DNA of 64,000 bases from a virus (Duplodnaviria; Caudoviricetes), in the IMG/VR virus record IMGVR_UViG_3300037424_001651, positions 11,548 to 75,547 of that record. One strand, given 5' to 3'. Shown here piece by piece: positions 47,987 to 54,944 of this stretch (its first letter is position 1; each line of letters opens with the position of its first letter). Under the pieces are notes generated by a model. That model was not told where the DNA came from, ran no database searches, and saw only the letters and a list, made by a program, of their open reading frames with translations. A program made the translations under genes and the position numbers.

Positions 47987-48634
47987 ATGAGTTGGGGCCG
48001 CTGGAAAGCGTGGGGTAGCTTGGGCGAACGCAGGTTCGATTCGCGCCAAGCGGCGCGGAAACCGGTACGCCCATTGCGTGTTCCAAAACCATACGAATTG
48101 CCTTCCTTCGTACCGCCTGTCCGTCCTGGTGCTGGGCGGCATGAGCATTGGACTGAAAAGCAGGTTTACCCGGATTTGCTGCGGTTTGCCGCCGAGGTGC
48201 TGAAGTTTCGCGATCCGCGACTCAAGAGCCACTTTGCGGATACAGGTAATGTCGACGCTATCGTGTACGACGCTGGGCGGCGTAGCAAGCCCTGTGCACG
48301 GTTCGAGGTCAAGAGCGCGCAGCCTTACGTCAAGGATGTACACGCACGTACAGGACGTCGTGTGGGCCGTTATCAAGTCAGCCCGCGTCAGCATGCGCTA
48401 CACAAGACAGGTGTTTGCGATTTGTTCTACGTGCTTGTGCCAGTTCGGGACGAGAAGATCGAGCATGTGGGCATTTGTAATGTACCGATGATCGAGAAGG
48501 TGTTGGAGAAACCGCTTACCACGGCTATCGGTATCCATCGTATTGGTGGGTTCGAGTGCCCTGGCGTGGATGACTGGGTCAAGGCCCAGCGGGCACAAAA
48601 ACGGCGTAGAATAAGTGATACGCGTGAATTTTGA
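47987..48634 (+). CDS. Leader-variant protein (MSWGRWKAWG) with PD-(D/E)XK nuclease-like region
   Basis: NVDA......FEVKSAQ motif after the leader. Confidence 0.5.
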   Translation: MSWGRWKAWGSLGERRFDSRQAARKPVRPLRVPKPYELPSFVPPVRPGAGRHEHWTEKQVYPDLLRFAAEVLKFRDPRLKSHFADTGNVDAIVYDAGRRSKPCARFEVKSAQPYVKDVHARTGRRVGRYQVSPRQHALHKTGVCDLFYVLVPVRDEKIEHVGICNVPMIEKVLEKPLTTAIGIHRIGGFECPGVDDWVKAQRAQKRRRISDTREF

Positions 48635-49136
48635 GAAAACGAGGCGGTAGGGTATAGTGCTAAAAGGTAGGAGACAGGGTCATGCGCCGACGTTGCTGTT
48701 GCGGTTGGTCGATGACGACACGGAGGATGTGATTCTCGACACGCAGCTACATGTGGATGCGCTGACCCCTTCCTTCATTGAAGAGGGCCTGTTGGCTTAT
48801 TTCCACGGCCACACGGGCTGGAACTTGCAAGCTGTGCAAGATTGGGAAATGGAACTCGATAGCTTACCGCCACGCCTGATCGTTTTCGTTCAGGCTGTAC
48901 GGGGAGGTTGATATGTATCAAATCGGCTTCGGAGAACCACCACGCTGGGGTCGGATGGCGGGCGGCGGTCTGGGGCCGCGAGCACAGGCTGGGACGTGCC
49001 TTTACGTCGGCGAGTTTGCTGGGGGTCTTGGGCCACTGCCTGCACGCGTTCGGCCGTGGGTGCTTAGCACCTCGCGGCGGGTCCGGCTGTTCCGGCGCAT
49101 GTACGGTCCCGGGTCGTTCTTGGGCGCGAGGTAGCT

Positions 49137-49982
49137 GTGGCCAAAGGACCATTCAATAAGATGTCTAACCGCGAGTTGAACCGGTGGATCGGGGAGTGGG
49201 AGGCGCAGGCCCCGGAGAACTTCTGGATGGACGGTCTCCACGCAGGAGGCTTTATGCGTCGGCAGGCCGCCTACAAGATGTACCGTCGCGGCTGGCGGAT
49301 GCGATCCCCGGCCGAGCAACAACGCATGTTGGACGACTTGGGGCGTAGCGCCTACTACGGCTATGGTGGATACTACGGCTATGGTGGATACGGCCAGGAA
49401 ATCTACCCGGAGCACACAGCCATTGGTCGGCGTGGGAAGCCGTCACGTCCGGCGCGCTATCTCGTCGAGAAGTGGCTGGAGGCGGGGCCATTCCGGTCAA
49501 TTTCACCGCAGCGTCTCTCGATCCTTGACTATGGCTGTGGTCGCGGCACCGACACGCAGTGGTTCATGTCGCTGGGCTACAAGGCGCACGGCTACGATCC
49601 GGTGCCGTCCGCTGACGTGCCCTACTGTACCGGCAAGAAGCCACGCAAGAATTACCACATCGTGTTCGTCAATTACGTCATCAACGTCGTTCCGACCTTG
49701 GAAGGACGGATGGGGTTGCTCAAGTCTGCGTGGGACTGTGTCCGGCGTGGCGGTTTGCTTTATGTGACCTCGCGTCCGGTCAAGGACGTCGAGTCTGGTG
49801 CAAAGAAGGGCAAGTGGAAGCGGCACGGGGACGGTTGGTACGTCCCGTCGACGCAGACCTTCCAGAAGGGCCACAGCAACGAGGAACTCATCGAGATGGC
49901 CTCGATGCTGCCCGGCGCTGCGTGGGTCCACAAGTTCGCAGCCAGTGGCTGGGCTGGCGTGATGGTCGCGAAGAAGAAGTAG
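49137..49982 (+). CDS. Class I SAM-dependent methyltransferase with N-terminal module and (YYGYGG)2 linker
   Basis: LDYGCGRG.D, GYDP, YVINVV, GDG....TFQK; resembles DNA phosphorothioation-associated putative methyltransferases. Confidence 0.75.
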   Translation: MAKGPFNKMSNRELNRWIGEWEAQAPENFWMDGLHAGGFMRRQAAYKMYRRGWRMRSPAEQQRMLDDLGRSAYYGYGGYYGYGGYGQEIYPEHTAIGRRGKPSRPARYLVEKWLEAGPFRSISPQRLSILDYGCGRGTDTQWFMSLGYKAHGYDPVPSADVPYCTGKKPRKNYHIVFVNYVINVVPTLEGRMGLLKSAWDCVRRGGLLYVTSRPVKDVESGAKKGKWKRHGDGWYVPSTQTFQKGHSNEELIEMASMLPGAAWVHKFAASGWAGVMVAKKK

Positions 49983-50049
49983 CTTGGGGAAGCTACAGTA
50001 AGGAAGAACATGTCGAACTGGAGCGAAAGGGGCGTCAGGAGATGAGTTG

Positions 50050-50376
50050 ATGTCAACGGCGGCGAACGGCAAGCGTAAGGCGTATCAAGTCGCTGCGAAG
50101 GTCGATGCAGACCTCAAACGACGCATCGATGAATTCGCGGTTCAGTATGGCATGGAGCCGAGTGAGGCTATCCGGACGTTGTTATCTTTCGCTGTAATGC
50201 AGAATGAGGATCCCAAGACACGGATCATGTACGCGCTGTACAATAACTTGAATGTACGCTGTTACCGACTGCTTCAGGAGGGGCTGAAGGCCGGGATGGG
50301 TAATATCAATAAGTGGCTCATCGATAGCATTGGCAAGGCGATGAACGAAGAGAAGATGAACATTCCGAATGTGTAG
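50050..50376 (+). CDS. CopG/RHH-like regulator
   Basis: VAAKVDADLKRRIDEFA..YGM..SEAIR.LL. Confidence 0.6.
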   Translation: MSTAANGKRKAYQVAAKVDADLKRRIDEFAVQYGMEPSEAIRTLLSFAVMQNEDPKTRIMYALYNNLNVRCYRLLQEGLKAGMGNINKWLIDSIGKAMNEEKMNIPNV

Positions 50377-50600
50377 GAGGGAGCGCGGTGGCACAGGTTG
50401 CGAGATTGCAAGCGGTTGATGCTGATACAGGTAAGTCGAAGTACACCATGGAGATCACCGAGGCTCGCGCAAGTGAGGCAGTGGTGTGGGCTGGCAAGTT
50501 CGGGTACGAGGTCGTGGATTTTCACGTGACCTTCCACGAGCCTGACACTCACAACATCATTGTGTACGTGCGCAAGAAAAAGAAGAAGTAGGCGGCTATC

Positions 50601-51695
50601 GTGACTGCGTTTATCTATGCCAAGAATATTGCCGAAGCCATCGAGTGGGCGAAGGCGGCACAGATCAACGCATCTTCGGAAGCCAAGATTCGCGCGTTCT
50701 ACAGCCAGAACAAAGCCATCGTCGATCCTTACTTGGGTGCGCTGACACCGCTGGGTGCTTGTTCTGGTATGGCCCATGAATCAAATTTCAGCGCGACGCA
50801 TACCAGTGATCCAGTCATCATGGAAAGTGGTCTTTGGTCGCTTACGCCTGGTGTAGCTATCAGGTACGACATTGACCCATTCGACATGGAATCTGCAATT
50901 TGGGCTGGGTGCCGCATGCGCAATGAGCGCATCCGCACAATCCTCAAGCTTTATCCGTGGCTCGTAAATTCAGATAAATATGATTATGCGAAGCTGACAC
51001 AGAAGTTGCCGGGTAGCTTTGGCATGGGTGGTTTCGAGCAGGTCATGAGCCTCATGGGCTATACCGCGAAAGCTCCGGCGAACGCGTGGGTGCAGCGCTT
51101 CCCGTATCGCGCCATGCGCAACTGGTTTCTCAATTCCGCGAACTGGTCGCGCATCCCGAAGATCGGGCGGATGTCTCCTCAGATCGTCGCAGGACGTGTG
51201 GTACGCAGCTCGGCTGTCGATTTCATGGAACGTGTTGGTGAGATCGACAAAATCCAGCGGGGTTATTACAAGATCATCGGCCGTCCTGAATACTTGCCGC
51301 CTTTCAACTCCAGTCGTTTCATCACAATCTGGACACCGAAGATTCGCGCTTACTTCAACGATGTGATGGCTGCACCTCCCCAAGATCGTGAGAATTACAC
51401 ACTGTACAAGCGCTACGGTGCAAGTGGGCTAGCTGCAATGGCCTCCGGGGATCCGCACGCGTGGGCGGAAGTCTTTAAGGGTCAGCGCGCTTCTAATTTG
51501 TATCGGACTATCGAAGACGTCATCAACTATTTTGGGCATCCTGGTACAGCACTTGGGTTCATTTCGCTTGTGGGGCTGCTCGCACTTGGTGGCAGCCTTG
51601 GCGTGCTCGGCTACTACAGCTATCGTGATCGGCGCAGGTTCGGCGCAGGCTGGCAACAGCTTCGTGCACGTTTCCAGGATCGGGCGGGGGTGTGA
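50601..51695 (+). CDS. SLT/lysozyme-like protein with C-terminal membrane anchor
   Basis: HESNF...ESGLW...DPFD..SAIWAG motifs; TM helix followed by RDRRR. Confidence 0.55.
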   Translation: MTAFIYAKNIAEAIEWAKAAQINASSEAKIRAFYSQNKAIVDPYLGALTPLGACSGMAHESNFSATHTSDPVIMESGLWSLTPGVAIRYDIDPFDMESAIWAGCRMRNERIRTILKLYPWLVNSDKYDYAKLTQKLPGSFGMGGFEQVMSLMGYTAKAPANAWVQRFPYRAMRNWFLNSANWSRIPKIGRMSPQIVAGRVVRSSAVDFMERVGEIDKIQRGYYKIIGRPEYLPPFNSSRFITIWTPKIRAYFNDVMAAPPQDRENYTLYKRYGASGLAAMASGDPHAWAEVFKGQRASNLYRTIEDVINYFGHPGTALGFISLVGLLALGGSLGVLGYYSYRDRRRFGAGWQQLRARFQDRAGV

Positions 51696-51696
51696 A

Positions 51697-52035
51697 ATGG
51701 TACGCGTTTTCCTAGAAGTTGCGCGAACGCCGAAAGAGCAGCGGCAAGGGCTGATGCACCGGCGACAGCTTGTTCCTGATAGAGGAATGCTATTCGTATA
51801 TGATGAGCCGCGCGAGCGTTGCCTCTGGATGAAAAATACACACATCCCGCTCGACATGATCTTCTTGGACCATAAGCACGTCGTTGTTGACGTGATCGAG
51901 AACGCTGCGCCGCGCACGACACGGAGACGCTGCTCTGCGGCCCCTGCACAGTACGTGATCGAGGTCGTGGGCGGCTTCGCACGCAAGCACGGGATTCGGC
52001 CAGGATCACGGGTCGAGTTCGAGGGGTTGACATGA
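51697..52035 (+). CDS. DUF192-family protein
   Basis: LEVART...GLM.R..L....GMLFVY......WMKNT.IPLDMIF.D, YVIEV.GG. Confidence 0.92.
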   Translation: MVRVFLEVARTPKEQRQGLMHRRQLVPDRGMLFVYDEPRERCLWMKNTHIPLDMIFLDHKHVVVDVIENAAPRTTRRRCSAAPAQYVIEVVGGFARKHGIRPGSRVEFEGLT

Positions 52036-52691
52036 CACGTAAACTTCCAAAGCTTCCTGTGGTGCAGAAAGTAAAGGTGTATCACGTTGGTAAAGAGCCT
52101 TCAGCTAAACCCAAACGTAGACGTTTCTCGCTTGAAGGTCCGGGTTTGTCTGTCTCCGAGCATCCACAAGAATGGAGCCGCATAGCGCGTCTTGGCGGTG
52201 TTGTTTGGGAGCTTCAGCGTGTGCGTGGAGATGGTGTATTCGTCGATGTGCACGGCATCACAAAAAAGCAGAAAGCGACCATCCTCAACCGCGCTGTGGA
52301 AACAGGTTGGATCACGCCTGCAACCCTTTGGCGATTCACGTATTACGACGACGAGGCCGACGAGGAACGCTTCTTTACTTTCGCTACGCGTGAGGAGGCT
52401 GCGGACGAGTCGGAGGGCTGGGGTTATGCTGCTGAAGAGGGTGTAACAGAGATCACTGGTCACAAACCGGCACAACAGTTGCTGTGGCATTGGGCGCAGT
52501 TCTTTTCCGACCCTTTTGATCTCGGGATGACGGAAGAAGTCGTGCTCATGGCGTTTATCGAAGCGATAGGCTTGTACGACGGTTTGTGGTGGCGCGAAAA
52601 ACTGGACCCGTCCCTCCTATCGGCCCCACGCGGCGTGATCTTTCAATCCAAGTTGATGGATTGGTGTTGGAAGGCTGTGGGTAAACTATGA
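52032..52691 (+). CDS. Hypothetical protein
   Basis: ATGA overlap; continuous ORF. Confidence 0.55.
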   Translation: MTRKLPKLPVVQKVKVYHVGKEPSAKPKRRRFSLEGPGLSVSEHPQEWSRIARLGGVVWELQRVRGDGVFVDVHGITKKQKATILNRAVETGWITPATLWRFTYYDDEADEERFFTFATREEAADESEGWGYAAEEGVTEITGHKPAQQLLWHWAQFFSDPFDLGMTEEVVLMAFIEAIGLYDGLWWREKLDPSLLSAPRGVIFQSKLMDWCWKAVGKL

Positions 52692-53158
52692 CGCGGGATC
52701 AAGCATACCATCGTTGCGTGCGGCAAGAATGGCAGCGGGACCAAGCCCTGCGCCGGTCCGGCGTCACCTGCATCTTCGTGGAGGCTGAGCCTCGATGCGC
52801 GATGCGCTTCGGGCTGACGCAGGCCGAGCGGCAAGCTGCGTGGTCGGGCTTCGGTGAAGAGCCTGTCATCGAGGAGGTGCCGGTCACGACAGCCGCGCTC
52901 CAGCCGGGGCCGCCCATCCCTGCCGCACTCGTGGGCATTTCCATGGGTGGCCTCGCGCTCTTGGTTGGTAGCTTCGTCAGCGCAGCCTTCACACGGGATC
53001 TAGGGCATGGCGCACTCGTGGCGCTAGGACCGAGCATCATCGCAGGCGTGCTCGCAGCGCACGTGCACCGTACAGACCCGGCGCTGTCGGCGAAGATCAT
53101 CAGCACGACGACGGGCATGCGCGTCAAGCCTGTGGTCGTGCAGCAGCCAGGAGATTGA
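52688..53158 (+). CDS. Membrane protein with SGFG linker
   Basis: WSGFGEE followed by two hydrophobic helices. Confidence 0.55.
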   Translation: MTRDQAYHRCVRQEWQRDQALRRSGVTCIFVEAEPRCAMRFGLTQAERQAAWSGFGEEPVIEEVPVTTAALQPGPPIPAALVGISMGGLALLVGSFVSAAFTRDLGHGALVALGPSIIAGVLAAHVHRTDPALSAKIISTTTGMRVKPVVVQQPGD

Positions 53159-53864
53159 CATGGTAAGGCGAAGAAGATCTCGCAGGGAGCCGGAGACGGA
53201 CGCGTTGATCACCATCAAAAAGTGGTATGGGCAATGGCCGGACGAGGTGTGGCAAGAAATAGTTGAGAGAAGGTGTGCGAGCTACGGCGAGGGAAAGCAG
53301 CCTGACGAAAACCTCGCGGCTGAATTGATCCAGCGCGCCAAGGATGGCGAGCGCTACATCAAGCAAGGGAACGCCAATCTTGCGTGGCAGACCTACGATG
53401 CGCTCAGGTGGCGTCTGGAGCAGATGATGGAAAGGCTAGAGTCATGAAACGCAAGTGCCAACAGTTCAAGCAGACGAAGGCTGGGAAGCGGTGTGCGAGC
53501 TACAGCGACATCAAGATGGACTGGGATCTCGCACCGCATGAGCAACGCGAATACCTAGACACCAGCGATCCCGTCAGCGCCATCGAAGAATCCATCTTGG
53601 ATTCGCTACAGGCCGCCGAGGTGTTGCGGAAGAAGCATCCACGTTCCAAGAACCTGAACTGGGCGGTCGAAGACTTGCATGCAGCGCACACCCACTGGAA
53701 GCAGCAGAACCACTTCGGTGCGTTGGCGTATCTCAAGCACGCCGCCCGACTCACGGCGATGGCGCGGTGAAGCTGAATACGGCCGCGCTCGCGTACGATC
53801 TATACTAGATCGATCTTCCTTGTCCTGACCCTGCCTTTTCCGCCCTCACCATGAAGATTTCCAC

Positions 53865-53893
53865 TTGACACTCGTCGAAGGTGCTGGTATATC
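53865..53893 (+). promoter_or_regulatory. Sigma70-like promoter of the Y RNA/Ro60 unit
   Basis: TTGACA-N17-TATATC with extended -10 TG. Confidence 0.75.
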
Positions 53894-53943
53894 AGTTGGC
53901 TGCGAGGTTGCGTGACTCTACAGTTTAGGCTGTAGCACCCATC

Positions 53944-53955
53944 GTTCTTTGAAAA
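53944..53955 (+). promoter_or_regulatory. BoxA-like antitermination site
   Basis: GTTCTTTGAAAA in the non-coding leader, as seen in rRNA operon leaders. Confidence 0.5.
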
Positions 53956-54046
53956 CAGAGTCGACTCGCTTCATTGCGCGTCACAGGCAGGGTAGGGACA
54001 AGCGGGCAAGTTTCGGACTCGCGGGGTCATGCCCCGATGCTCGTCT

Positions 54047-54111
54047 GGCGAGTGTGGGTCCGGGTTACTTCGATTTTGTAAACCAAAGTCCCGGGCCGAC
54101 AGTTTCTCGCC
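54047..54111 (+). ncRNA. Y-RNA-like unit 1 (minimal, 65 nt)
   Basis: GGCGAG/CTCGCC terminal stem, GGTCCGGG/CCCGGGCC upper stem, invariant TTACTTCG and CAGTTTCTCG. Confidence 0.75.
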
Positions 54112-54198
54112 GCTTCGTCAAGCGACCGCCCTCCGTACGGTCGATTGGCTTTCCCTGTGCATTGCTGGTCGCAGGCTCAAGAACCTGCTGCCAGCGCT

Positions 54199-54294
54199 GA
54201 GACGAGTGTAGGTAGGGGTTACTTCGCTTACCATAATCAGGCAACCCAGGCCGAGAGGCCTGGATACGTTCCCCGACCGGCAGTTTCTCGTCTC
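54199..54294 (+). ncRNA. Y-RNA-like unit 2 (96 nt, hairpin payload)
   Basis: GAGACGAG/CTCGTCTC stem, same conserved blocks, CCAGGCC-GAGA-GGCCTGG hairpin, U-rich tail. Confidence 0.75.
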
Positions 54295-54403
54295 TTTTTG
54301 ATTGTACCCTCGGTTTCGGTTCGGCCGCGCCGAGGGTGATTGGTCGCCGCACTTGCTTGTGGTGCGTTGCTGGTTCGTGGATCAAGCACCGTGTGCCAGC
54401 ACT

Positions 54404-54540
54404 AGGACGAGTGTAGATCAGGGTTACTTCGCACTATGGATGCCGTGGTTGCAGGTTCGAGTCCTGTCAGCGGCCGTGAGGCTGCTGTAGCTCAATTGGC
54501 AGAGCACGTAAAATTTCTCTGGTCGACAGTTTCTCGTCCT
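54404..54540 (+). ncRNA. yrlA: YrlA-like Y RNA, unit 3 (137 nt, circularly permuted tRNA-like domain)
   Basis: AGGACGAG/CTCGTCCT stem enclosing T arm GCAGG-TTCGAGT-CCTGT, loop-closed acceptor CAGCGGCC-GTGA-GGCTGCTG and D arm GCTC-AATTGGCA-GAGC. Confidence 0.85.
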
Positions 54541-54618
54541 TCTTTCTATCCTGCTGGTCGCGTCTTGACGCCTCCGGTGGATACGGTGCGCGCGGATCAA
54601 GAACTTCGCGCACCGGCT

Positions 54619-54690
54619 GGAACGAGTGAAGGCTGGGGTTACTTCGTTTATTGGCAAACAATCGTGCCCCAGCCGTCGGTTTCTCGTTCC
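54619..54690 (+). ncRNA. Y-RNA-like unit 4 (72 nt)
   Basis: GGAACGAG/CTCGTTCC and GGCTGGGG/CCCCAGCC stems, TTACTTCG. Confidence 0.75.
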
Positions 54691-54749
54691 TTTCCGGGCT
54701 GCGGCGGAGATGCGTCGTCCGCGTGGGGTCGAAACCCGGTGGTCCGGCC

Positions 54750-54854
54750 AAGGCGAGTGAAGATAGGGGTTACTTCGTCATTTGACTTCTAATCAAAAAA
54801 GACTCTGGGCTACAACGCCCAGGTAACGTGCCCTTGTCGTCAGTTTCTCGCCTT
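54750..54854 (+). ncRNA. Y-RNA-like unit 5 (105 nt, anticodon-stem-loop-like payload)
   Basis: AAGGCGAG/CTCGCCTT stem, TTTGA-CTTCTAA-TCAAA hairpin, CTGGGC-TACAAC-GCCCAG hairpin. Confidence 0.75.
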
Positions 54855-54944
54855 ATTTGAAGATTCTCGCTGCATCCGCGGCACAAACGAGGAGGCTCTG
54901 TTTCCAAACTCGCAAGACAACGCGGAGAAGGAAGGGAGGACGTC

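Noticed and set aside
54436-54520. Standard tRNA gene, or the ORF 54436-54792 (MDAVVAGSSPV...)
   Set aside because: The T arm precedes the D arm and the acceptor stem is loop-closed (permuted YrlA-type domain). The ORF is a read-through of structured RNA.
54047-54854. CRISPR array interpretation of the repeats upstream of the TROVE gene
   Set aside because: The repeats are bipartite and pair with each other around variable inserts, unit lengths are irregular, and there are no cas genes. The Y RNA model fits better.
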